IMG/VR virus record: IMGVR_UViG_3300009779_000001
Coordinates: 5,527-69,526 of that record
DNA length: 64,000 nt
Strand: one strand, 5' to 3'
Source of the DNA: a virus
Lineage: Duplodnaviria > Caudoviricetes
A program made the translations under genes and the position numbers. The notes under the pieces were generated by a model, which saw only the letters and a program-made list of their open reading frames with translations, searched no databases and was not told the origin of the DNA. Of the stretch, positions 29,106-36,743 are shown one piece after another. Within the stretch, counting starts at the first letter, position 1. Each line of letters starts with the position of its first letter.

Positions 29106-29432
29106 ATGCCGCCCAAGCCCTCTACCCGCTTGCGTAATCCTGTTCCCGATCAGACTGAAGCGGGAAGGAAAGTCTATATTGCACTGCTAGAACGTAGGCT
29201 CATGTATTATTCGTTGCGTGACATTAAGATGCGCTCTGCACTTGAGCTTGCTACCGGTGTACCTTACGATTCTATTGATTTTTCTTCGTTGACTTTTGAA
29301 GATATCGCGCAAATGATTGCGGAGGATATGGCGCGTGGCCTGAACATATCCCTCTCTGAGGCGCGGAGCCGCGTAGCTCAGTATCAAGAAACATCTAATC
29401 CTAAAGTAGATATTGAGAGTTTTCAGGTGTAG
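29106..29432 (+). CDS. hypothetical protein, last gene of the late block
   Basis: 108-aa ORF followed by a hairpin and ~320 nt non-coding DNA. Confidence 0.6.
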   Translation: MPPKPSTRLRNPVPDQTEAGRKVYIALLERRLMYYSLRDIKMRSALELATGVPYDSIDFSSLTFEDIAQMIAEDMARGLNISLSEARSRVAQYQETSNPKVDIESFQV

Positions 29433-29451
29433 GGCTGCCCATTGCTCAGGA

Positions 29452-29472
29452 AACTGCGGTTCTTCCGCAGTT
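29452..29472 (+). terminator. hairpin at end of late operon
   Basis: AACTGCGG-TTCTT-CCGCAGTT perfect 8-bp stem; weak U-tract. Confidence 0.4.
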
Positions 29473-29751
29473 ACGCACGGCTCCGCGTTAAAACCATCAG
29501 ACAAAGAAGTACTTAACTACAAAAGACACCCCCCCCAAACCCCCCCCAAACCGCCAGGTGGTCTGCCACACTTTTTCCAGGTCAGGGTACCCTAACTTTC
29601 GGGGTTGTTAGCCGGTCTAACTAACGCTCTGACCTGGGTTTTTGGGGGTCTGGGTTGACCGGGTGGTGGCAGACCGGTCATTGTGGAATCACCGCAGCAC
29701 CGGCTGTGGTCTGGTCTCTTGATCAGAACTACTCTCCGTTAGGGGATTGTT

Positions 29752-30471
29752 ATGTCCAAGCTCGCTACCCTTAAGGCTCGTTTTTCTTCGAAAAACGAGA
29801 ACATCCAGTCGGCTACGCCGACTGCTGACTCCGCTGCGGAGCAGCGGAAGGCTGCCGAGGGCAGCAGCAAGTTCCTTCGGAACTTGCTGTTCCAGAAGCA
29901 GATTGATGAAAGCCGCGTAGCGGCTTTCATCAACCCCCAGTTCGCTGATCCGGCTCTGCCGGATCAGTACAAGGGTCAGGAAGTCACCTTCGGTGACTTC
30001 CTGAAGGTCCGGCTGGAGAACACCCTCCGTCCCAACGGGACGGTGGGTGTTCACTACCCGCTGACCAGCAGCTTGAGCCATGATCAGGCCGATGGCCTGA
30101 TCACGGCTCTCAAGCTGCTGCCGAACCGGAGCAACGACGGGGCTACGCCCCGTCGCCGCCAGTCGGCTACGCCGACTGCCCCGGCGGCTCAACCGGCTAC
30201 GCCGGTTGAGAACAGCGAGATCGCTTCGATCAAAGCCGACATGTCGGCTTTGATCGACATTGTCGCCGCACTGGCCGAAGGCCAGTCGCAGCAGGCTCAA
30301 CCGGCAGAGCCGGTTGAGGGCCATGCCAAGGTGGCAGAACCGGCAGAGCCGGTTCTGCCGACCGTCATCAACCTGGCCCCTGGCCAGGTTGTGATGGTCA
30401 ACGGCGAACTCCGTCAGGTTTCACCTGACGGCAAGCGGCTCAACAAGACCATCGACAAGACCATCGTCTAG
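29752..30471 (+). CDS. 239-aa hypothetical protein, first gene after the non-coding boundary
   Basis: AGGGG SD-like; 240 open codons with strongly C/G-ending codons; repeats QSATPTA and AEPV; followed by a 15-bp-stem hairpin. Confidence 0.65.
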   Translation: MSKLATLKARFSSKNENIQSATPTADSAAEQRKAAEGSSKFLRNLLFQKQIDESRVAAFINPQFADPALPDQYKGQEVTFGDFLKVRLENTLRPNGTVGVHYPLTSSLSHDQADGLITALKLLPNRSNDGATPRRRQSATPTAPAAQPATPVENSEIASIKADMSALIDIVAALAEGQSQQAQPAEPVEGHAKVAEPAEPVLPTVINLAPGQVVMVNGELRQVSPDGKRLNKTIDKTIV

Positions 30472-30519
30472 ACGATGGTCGAGGCCATAACCCGGCACCC
30501 CTATGGGGTGCCGGGTTAT
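29777..30519. repeat. tiled array of ~21 sequence-diverse inverted repeats, nearly all with 3-nt loops
   Basis: Examples checked by eye: 29903-29933 TTGATGAAAGCCGC-GTA-GCGGCTTTCATCAA; 29976-30004 TCAGGAAGTCACC-TTC-GGTGACTTCCTGA; 30226-30257 perfect 32-bp palindrome; 30333-30359 12-bp stem with AGA loop. Confidence 0.95.
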
Positions 30520-30719
30520 TGGCGTTTTGGGGGAGATTTTTGGCCGGTGATCCGGCCATTCGCGCGACAGGTTCGCGCGTTGGGTTAAAAGATTAACCCA
30601 AGACCACCCTTGAGATTTTGTATCTATTCCCAATAGATCAAAAGATCAAGTGTACGCGCTTATGCGCGTTAACGATTTCCAAAAGGAAATCGTTTCGGCC
30701 ACTACGAAAGGAAATTACC

Positions 30720-31055
30720 ATGGCCGCTACCATCCTGATCGAAAGCTACCTGATGGCCTTTGGGCTGGCTGTCACCATGGGAGAGTCGGAGGATGAAGCG
30801 CATCTCTTTGCGCGAAACTACGATTGCCCGGTGACCTACGCCATCCTCAAGAAAGACTACTCCGAATTCGTTGATCGGCGTAGCCAGTTGGAGCGTTGCA
30901 ACCATCAGCATCAGGTTGGAACGATCAACCCCGATACGGGGGAGAACAAGTACATCGAATTCAAAGAGTTCGATGCCGCTAGGCGGCTTGTTGATTTCCT
31001 TCGGGAGAACAACATTCCGGCATGGCACAGCATGAAAGATTGCCAGTGCCGATAA
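30720..31055 (+). CDS. hypothetical early protein
   Basis: AAGGA SD, ATG 30720. Confidence 0.65.
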   Translation: MAATILIESYLMAFGLAVTMGESEDEAHLFARNYDCPVTYAILKKDYSEFVDRRSQLERCNHQHQVGTINPDTGENKYIEFKEFDAARRLVDFLRENNIPAWHSMKDCQCR

Positions 31056-31080
31056 CTAAATAACAATTTAATAGCGGTAC

Positions 31081-31107
31081 CCCGCCAGCAATTCGGCTGG
31101 CGGGTTT
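31081..31107 (+). terminator. intrinsic terminator-like hairpin
   Basis: CCCGCCAGC-AATTCG-GCTGGCGGG then TTT. Confidence 0.6.
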
Positions 31108-31129
31108 GGTGGCTACAAAAGGAAAGCCA

Positions 31130-31339
31130 ATGATTTACACGTTGAAGTTTTTTGAGAACGTTCTAGACGATGAGCCGGTGGAGGTCAAAACCTTCACCGG
31201 AGATGTTCGCACCGTCATTGACGAAACGGACAAGTACTTGACTGCGGATTTGGAGTTCCGCAGTTTTGGAATCGAACTCCAATTCGATAACGAATTGGAG
31301 CGCAGGAGGTTCCAGCGGATTGTGGAGGTGGAACGATGA
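31130..31339 (+). CDS. hypothetical early protein
   Basis: AAGGA SD, ATG 31130; ATGA-coupled to the next gene. Confidence 0.55.
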   Translation: MIYTLKFFENVLDDEPVEVKTFTGDVRTVIDETDKYLTADLEFRSFGIELQFDNELERRRFQRIVEVER

Positions 31340-31668
31340 TGACGGCACTGGAAGCCCTGCTGAAGTCTATGCTTCAGCAGGGCTGGTTTACTGCCAGCGA
31401 CGGTGACGTGGAATCCCCTTTGGGATACTTCGGCTGGACCTGGGTGGTGGAAGATGACCTCTACGAGATTCGGGAGGCCTTTTCCGACGTGATCAAAGCT
31501 TACGGCGATCCCGGTCACAAGTTGATCGGGAACTGGTTCGCTGTTCTGAACAGCAACGGAATCTTGTCCTTCTGGGACAAAGATAATCGGCATTTGGCTG
31601 AGCGGAACTACAGCCATTATGTCACAGAATACAACGAGTGGCTGGAAAAGACTGAGGAGGAAGTCTGA
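31336..31668 (+). CDS. hypothetical early protein
   Basis: WFTASDGDVESPLGYFG motif; coupled start/stop. Confidence 0.65.
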   Translation: MMTALEALLKSMLQQGWFTASDGDVESPLGYFGWTWVVEDDLYEIREAFSDVIKAYGDPGHKLIGNWFAVLNSNGILSFWDKDNRHLAERNYSHYVTEYNEWLEKTEEEV

Positions 31669-31775
31669 TGTGGGATTACATCAAGTCTTGGCTCGTGGCA
31701 ATGTACTGGGGAGTGTTGTTCGCTTCCCCGTTCATCATCATGTGCGTCATCATCTGGGTGGTGTATGACGTATGA
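31668..31775 (+). CDS. 35-aa single-TM membrane protein
   Basis: GAGGAGG SD; MWDYIKSWLVAMYWGVLFASPFIIMCVIIWVVYDV; not in the supplied track. Confidence 0.55.
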   Translation: MWDYIKSWLVAMYWGVLFASPFIIMCVIIWVVYDV

Positions 31776-31966
31776 AAATTAACAATGGGCCTATGTGGCT
31801 CGTCTATGTGGACCGTAATGGAGACAACCATTACCAACCATGGACCGAAGTGGAGGAAGCCGGGTCACTCATTGACCCGGCAACCGACGAGGACATGACC
31901 CTGGTCGGATGGACTACTGACAATCCAGCCTGGATTGTTATTCAAAGGAAGAAAGGAAAGAAATAA
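31772..31966 (+). CDS. hypothetical early protein
   Basis: Coupled overlaps at both ends. Confidence 0.55.
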   Translation: MKINNGPMWLVYVDRNGDNHYQPWTEVEEAGSLIDPATDEDMTLVGWTTDNPAWIVIQRKKGKK

Positions 31967-32217
31967 TGAAGGTGTGTGCATGGGCCAATCTCAGCCCGTA
32001 CCAGCACGTTCACAAAAGGTTCGACTCTCAGGCCGAAGGTCTGAAGTGGTTCCGCGACTACGGCAGAGATGTTGGGTGGAGCAATCACGGTGACCCGCCG
32101 TGCATTGACTTCTACGGTCAGTGCCCAGACTGCCAGGACGGGATGAACTTCCATGACTACCCCATGGTCAGGTTCTCTGTCGGTCCTCGTGGCGGCATTC
32201 GGAGGGAGAGGGTCTGA
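31966..32217 (+). CDS. hypothetical early protein with CPDC motif
   Basis: Coupled overlaps; Cys/His content. Confidence 0.55.
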   Translation: MKVCAWANLSPYQHVHKRFDSQAEGLKWFRDYGRDVGWSNHGDPPCIDFYGQCPDCQDGMNFHDYPMVRFSVGPRGGIRRERV

Positions 32218-32399
32218 TGAAAAGCTTCATCGAACTGAATCCTTACGATGCCAGGGATTTGATGAATGCCCTTCGCAGTCAAGAAAAGAATGGGGGCATC
32301 AGAAAACTTCGGATAGCCATTGAGGCTGAAGGAGTTAAGTTCAAAATCAACGAAAACATGTGGTCACCGCCAATGGGAAAGGAAGTGCAGGCAGGATGA
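32217..32399 (+). CDS. hypothetical protein, paralog of 33037-33222
   Basis: GVKFKINENMWSPPMG motif. Confidence 0.6.
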   Translation: MKSFIELNPYDARDLMNALRSQEKNGGIRKLRIAIEAEGVKFKINENMWSPPMGKEVQAG

Positions 32400-32722
32400 A
32401 AAGATTCATTGTGGAGTTCGATGACGACGAGAACGTGGATCGGGAGAACCTTCGGGAAGCTCTCTACCACTGCCCCGACGTTCGCCGGTACGATGTGTAC
32501 CCCATCGTGGAGGAACACAAGTTCTCCAACGGAGAGCGCAGGATGACGACCCAGCAGCGGGATCGTCTGTGGAGCCTGTGCGGCGGGTACAACGTGCCTT
32601 TCCATGAAGACGATTACCATTTCGTCACCATGGGCAAAGAGACATGGGTGGAGGGCTGGATCGGCGGCAAGCCGGGAACCATCTACGTCGGAGTCTCGCC
32701 TACCGGGAGGTCACACTCGTGA
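32396..32722 (+). CDS. hypothetical early protein
   Basis: ATGA overlap; biased codons. Confidence 0.55.
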   Translation: MKRFIVEFDDDENVDRENLREALYHCPDVRRYDVYPIVEEHKFSNGERRMTTQQRDRLWSLCGGYNVPFHEDDYHFVTMGKETWVEGWIGGKPGTIYVGVSPTGRSHS

Positions 32723-33003
32723 AAATGACAAGAGAGACTATCTTGTCCAGCGAACTGGTGGAGATTGTTGAGCGTAACGCAAACAATCTCATCAATCGCG
32801 TAAGAGTTTTCAAAGCTCACCCTAGCTACGATAGTAGGGCAGAATTGAAAGCCACTGCTAACTCGTTGACGGGCCAGTTCAATTTGGTTCATCGTCTTAA
32901 CGGGTTTTGGGAAATCGTTGATGACGAGGGAAACAATCTCCGCACACTCGTCAACGATGCTAAGCGTGCAGTCGAAAGCCTGTACGACAAGAAAGCTTCA
33001 TAG
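32719..33003 (+). CDS. hypothetical early protein
   Basis: GGGAGG SD, GTG 32719. Confidence 0.55.
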   Translation: MKMTRETILSSELVEIVERNANNLINRVRVFKAHPSYDSRAELKATANSLTGQFNLVHRLNGFWEIVDDEGNNLRTLVNDAKRAVESLYDKKAS

Positions 33004-33036
33004 GGAACCTATGGAGAAAAAAGAAAGGAGAAAACA

Positions 33037-33222
33037 GTGGACGACATTGAATGGGTCATTTCACCCAATCAATTTCGCCCAGTCTTCGCCAAGCTGTTTC
33101 ACAGCATCCACGAAGGCTCTTTCCAACTGCACGTCAGGGTTGGAAAGATCGGTGTCCAGTTCAAAGTCAACGATGGTGAGTGGTCACCAGAAATGGGGAG
33201 TGTATGCCCAAGAGAAAAATAG
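33037..33222 (+). CDS. hypothetical protein, paralog of 32217-32399
   Basis: AAGGAG SD; GVQFKVNDGEWSPEMG motif. Confidence 0.6.
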   Translation: MDDIEWVISPNQFRPVFAKLFHSIHEGSFQLHVRVGKIGVQFKVNDGEWSPEMGSVCPREK

Positions 33223-33629
33223 CACGCCAAGACTATTTCAGTCTTGAGCATGTGAACGATGGCGAGACTGAAGCCATCCAGATCACCATTGGCGACAAAT
33301 GGGATGGTAAATCCCTGGCGAAGCTGTGGTGTGAGGGCCGCGACTATGATCCCGACGTGGAATCATATCGCCCCGTATATGCATACGCCATTGCGACTCC
33401 AAAGTGGAGTTACAACGGCAACGATATACGTGGAGCCGTCAATGAGTTACCCAACTTGTTGAAGGCTTTACAGTCCTTCATAGCTTTTCTTCTAGCCTGT
33501 GCTGAAGCCGAAAATGAGGATTCAGAGAATTACGCTCTGTTCCCCATTCAGGTGAAAGAATGGGCCGACCACTACGAAGATGAGCTACAGGATTTGTACG
33601 CCCTGGTCAAAAAACAGGATAACAAGTAA
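33204..33629 (+). CDS. hypothetical early protein
   Basis: GGGGAG SD, ATG 33204. Confidence 0.55.
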   Translation: MPKRKIARQDYFSLEHVNDGETEAIQITIGDKWDGKSLAKLWCEGRDYDPDVESYRPVYAYAIATPKWSYNGNDIRGAVNELPNLLKALQSFIAFLLACAEAENEDSENYALFPIQVKEWADHYEDELQDLYALVKKQDNK

Positions 33630-33726
33630 ATAGCGGGTGGCCTGTCAGGGGTTCGCTGCCCCTGGCAGGTCACCACCCACCGGTAACAATCGGCTTCCAA
33701 AATGGAAAACAGAGAAAGGTTTTGAC

Positions 33727-34041
33727 GTGAAGAAAGATAAAGACACCAAGACGGTCTGGATCAACCAATCGGAAATGGTGGTCCGTACCCGGCGGTACGG
33801 AAAGAATCGCCTGGTAGTGGACATAACGGAAATTGCTCCACGGTTCACCAGCAGCAATCGTTCCCGCCGGATCGCCAATCAACATGCTCGCAAGGCGGGA
33901 CTGAAGCTCAGTTCAGCAACGAAGTTGTTCGATTTTGAGACAACTTCCAGCTACCACGTCCTGTCCGACTATGACCTGACCCTTCCGGTGCATGTCAGGC
34001 AGACCAGCTACTCGTTCGGTTCTGTCGCACGTACAACTTAA
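33727..34041 (+). CDS. basic hypothetical protein
   Basis: GAAAGG SD, GTG 33727. Confidence 0.5.
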   Translation: MKKDKDTKTVWINQSEMVVRTRRYGKNRLVVDITEIAPRFTSSNRSRRIANQHARKAGLKLSSATKLFDFETTSSYHVLSDYDLTLPVHVRQTSYSFGSVARTT

Positions 34042-34231
34042 TATGGGCCATGGCGGGAAACTGGTTGCCTCGCCATGGCACGAGAACGACTGGAATCTCA
34101 GATAGATTCTCAGTTGTTTCTTACTTGGACTAGCCCAAACAGTGCTAGTCTGAGTGGAGAGCGTTGACGTGACGTTCTCCATGAGGTCAGAAAATTTCTG
34201 CCTCGCCTCTCACGAGAAAGAGAAAGTTCAA

Positions 34232-35461
34232 ATGTCCTACCACACCATGCAGTACTTGAACGCTGGCAACATCCTGGTCGGCAACACCAAGAATAACCGG
34301 AACGCCTGGTGGTACAACGCCGATCTGGAAGACAAGAACAACCCGACTCACTTTGAGGATTTCATTCCTCTGACGACGGTCAAGGATCGTCTGTTCGGCT
34401 GGGATGCTGAAGAGTCGGTGGAACTCACCGCCAAGTTCGTTATCGACGGCAAGGAGTTCCTGGTTCCTGTCACCAGCTTCAAGGCAATCGGTCGCTCCGA
34501 CTGGATCGTCAACGGAGTGCCGGAAGATGAAGAGAAGGGTGCCGACGCTGTTCTCCACGTCCAAGGAAAGGACTACGGAGTTCACCAGCTTCGGGAACTC
34601 TTCATCAACAGCACCGCTGAAATCGTTGGCGGGGCTGACAACATGGGAATCGAATCCGCTGGTCTGCTCAAGTGGGGCCGTCGTGCATGGATCACGATTT
34701 CCATTCCAGAGAACGTCCACAACGATAAGTCGGGCTTGGAGTTTCGTCCCAACCTGACCGTTTCGACCAGCTTCGATTCGTCGCTGGCAACGTCGTGGAC
34801 CCGTACATTCGGAGTTCCGGTGTGCGACAACACTCTGGATTACCAACTGGTTCGCGCTGGTGACAAGGGCAGGTATGTCCTGAAGCACACCAAGAATTCA
34901 GTCGCAAAGATCAAGGATGCGTCTGAAGCTCTGGGACTTCTCAACCAGCAGGCTGACGAAATGAACGCGGCGCTGAACGAACTCGTCAACGTCGAGGTTT
35001 CGGAGGAAGCCTTCGTGAAGTGGCTGAACCTGATGATCCCGGTTCCCGATCTCAAGGAAACGGTCAAAGAGGTCAAGTCGATTCAGGGAGAAACCATCAT
35101 GGTTCCCAAGGTTTCGACCAACGCTCACACGATTGCCATGAATCGTCGTGACAAGCTGGTCGAGATGTGGGACACCGACGAGCGTGTCTCCCCCTGGAAG
35201 GGAACCAAGCTGGGCATCGTCCAGTTGTGGAACACCTACAACCAGCACGAGCGTTCCTTCAAGGCCAGCAAGGCTTTTGAGGGCAATCGGCTGGCTGCCA
35301 AGGTCGAGGGCAACATGCTCAAGACCTTGAGCGGGGCGTTCTACAAGGAGGATGCCAAGGCTATCCACGCCATTGACACGGTGCTGGATGAACTGGTGTC
35401 GGTGACGATCCCGGTGGTGACCCCGCAAGGCAAGCGTCAGCGAGCGGCTGCCAGCAAGTAA
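34232..35461 (+). CDS. DUF932-family (phage/plasmid-like) protein
   Basis: IESAGLLKWGRRAWI, STSFDSSLAT, PVCDNTL, LKHTKN, WKGTKLGIVQLWNTY motifs; strong codon bias. Confidence 0.75.
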   Translation: MSYHTMQYLNAGNILVGNTKNNRNAWWYNADLEDKNNPTHFEDFIPLTTVKDRLFGWDAEESVELTAKFVIDGKEFLVPVTSFKAIGRSDWIVNGVPEDEEKGADAVLHVQGKDYGVHQLRELFINSTAEIVGGADNMGIESAGLLKWGRRAWITISIPENVHNDKSGLEFRPNLTVSTSFDSSLATSWTRTFGVPVCDNTLDYQLVRAGDKGRYVLKHTKNSVAKIKDASEALGLLNQQADEMNAALNELVNVEVSEEAFVKWLNLMIPVPDLKETVKEVKSIQGETIMVPKVSTNAHTIAMNRRDKLVEMWDTDERVSPWKGTKLGIVQLWNTYNQHERSFKASKAFEGNRLAAKVEGNMLKTLSGAFYKEDAKAIHAIDTVLDELVSVTIPVVTPQGKRQRAAASK

Positions 35462-35470
35462 GAAAAATCT

Positions 35471-35512
35471 AGGTGGGGGCGAGGGATTATGTCTCTCGCC
35501 CCCACCTTTTTC
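35471..35512 (+). terminator. intrinsic terminator
   Basis: AGGTGGGGGCGAG pairs with CTCGCCCCCACCT (13 bp), then TTTT. Confidence 0.8.
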
Positions 35513-35541
35513 TATCCCAACCAAAAAGAAAGAAAAAAGAC

Positions 35542-35904
35542 GTGAAGAAATTTTTGATTGCTTCGGCAATCGTCGCTGCCGGAATGACTGTGGCCCCGGT
35601 CACAGCTAGTGCCGCCCCGATAGGAGAGGGCTGTGTCTCCGATTTCTGGATGTGGCAGGGATTGCGTACAGCGTCCCGCATGATCTGTGACGGGGATCGG
35701 GCAGCAGATGGTTCATGGGAACGTCGCAGAGGGTTTTTCGATGACCCGTACTACGTTCCTTTCCGGTGCAGCAGATACTCGTGCTGGGGCGGGTACTGGG
35801 TGCCGGAACTGAAAGTCATGGAATCGTATCGGGTGACCGACGATACTGTCCTGCCGGATGAACCCGGCTGGATTCCCTCTGCTGAACCTCGCATCGTCAA
35901 CTAA
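35542..35904 (+). CDS. exported CDGP-like protein
   Basis: Signal peptide ending ASA|A; ICDGDRAADGSWERRR and YRVTDDTVLPDEPG motifs of the mycobacterial CDGP-type family. Confidence 0.7.
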   Translation: MKKFLIASAIVAAGMTVAPVTASAAPIGEGCVSDFWMWQGLRTASRMICDGDRAADGSWERRRGFFDDPYYVPFRCSRYSCWGGYWVPELKVMESYRVTDDTVLPDEPGWIPSAEPRIVN

Positions 35905-35927
35905 CAACAAGAGAAAGAAGAAAAAGA

Positions 35928-36272
35928 ATGGACAAGAACAAAGTTATTGCCTTGCTGCTGCTCATGGTAATCGGAGCTTTCGGTGGAGCCGCTGTCGCTC
36001 GCGCTGATGGTGACCTGTCTGCCTACGAGAAGTACATTGGCGACGAAGTGCATATATCCCTGTGCCGACTGCTGGATATCGGCGGGACCAACGATGAAAC
36101 CCTGGCAACGATCATCACCATCCTGCACGACAAGGGAGAGCTTGCCTGGGATGACACCCCTGACGTGGTGAACTACGTCGTGCAGGAGTACTGCCCCCGG
36201 CACTGGGACGATCTCGTCGCAGTCGGGAATCGTTATCGTGCAGGGATGACTGCTAACACGAAAGTTGCGTGA
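35928..36272 (+). CDS. exported two-Cys helical protein (DUF732-like)
   Basis: Signal peptide ending ARA|D; LC...VQEYCPRH pattern. Confidence 0.6.
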   Translation: MDKNKVIALLLLMVIGAFGGAAVARADGDLSAYEKYIGDEVHISLCRLLDIGGTNDETLATIITILHDKGELAWDDTPDVVNYVVQEYCPRHWDDLVAVGNRYRAGMTANTKVA

Positions 36273-36273
36273 A

Positions 36274-36534
36274 ATGAAAGAAATCACCATCACTGAAGAT
36301 CAAATGCTCAAGTACTTGTCCGAAAGCTATGTGGCCGTAGCTTTCGACAAAAACGCTGAGTTCGTTGATGCCGCCTTCACTTGGGAAGCGGCTCAAAATC
36401 TCGCCAACATGGGCTATCGGCTGATCGCCATTGCTGACGAGCAAGGGTACATGTCGAAAAAAGATATCCAGGCCATCTGCGATTACGAACTGAAATCGGC
36501 TCTGGATTGTTTCGGAGAGGATTATCAAAAATGA
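36274..36534 (+). CDS. hypothetical protein
   Basis: ORF with coupled stop/start. Confidence 0.55.
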   Translation: MKEITITEDQMLKYLSESYVAVAFDKNAEFVDAAFTWEAAQNLANMGYRLIAIADEQGYMSKKDIQAICDYELKSALDCFGEDYQK

Positions 36535-36743
36535 TTGACATGATTGTTGCGGCATTTTTCTTTGCCGCACCAGCACCCTCGCCCTGCACACTCGGGAATC
36601 CCCTCCCGCCGTTCGCACCAAACCAAATCTGCACAGGATACAATTCAGGGACATACTGTACTCTGAACCAGTTTTCGTGCAGTCCAGTGCCGGGAACTCC
36701 TGGCACATGGAACCCCAGTGGCTACACTCCGAAGATGGGATGA
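36531..36743 (+). CDS. small exported Cys/Pro-rich protein
   Basis: Hydrophobic N-terminus; four Cys; PGTWNPSGYTP motif. Confidence 0.55.
   Translation: MIDMIVAAFFFAAPAPSPCTLGNPLPPFAPNQICTGYNSGTYCTLNQFSCSPVPGTPGTWNPSGYTPKMG

Noticed and set aside
29777-30519. CRISPR array or REP/MITE interpretation of the hairpin tile
   Set aside because: The units are not copies of one repeat, have no spacer periodicity, and there are no cas or transposase genes. Only a few units are duplicated (e.g. 29805-25 = 30159-79).
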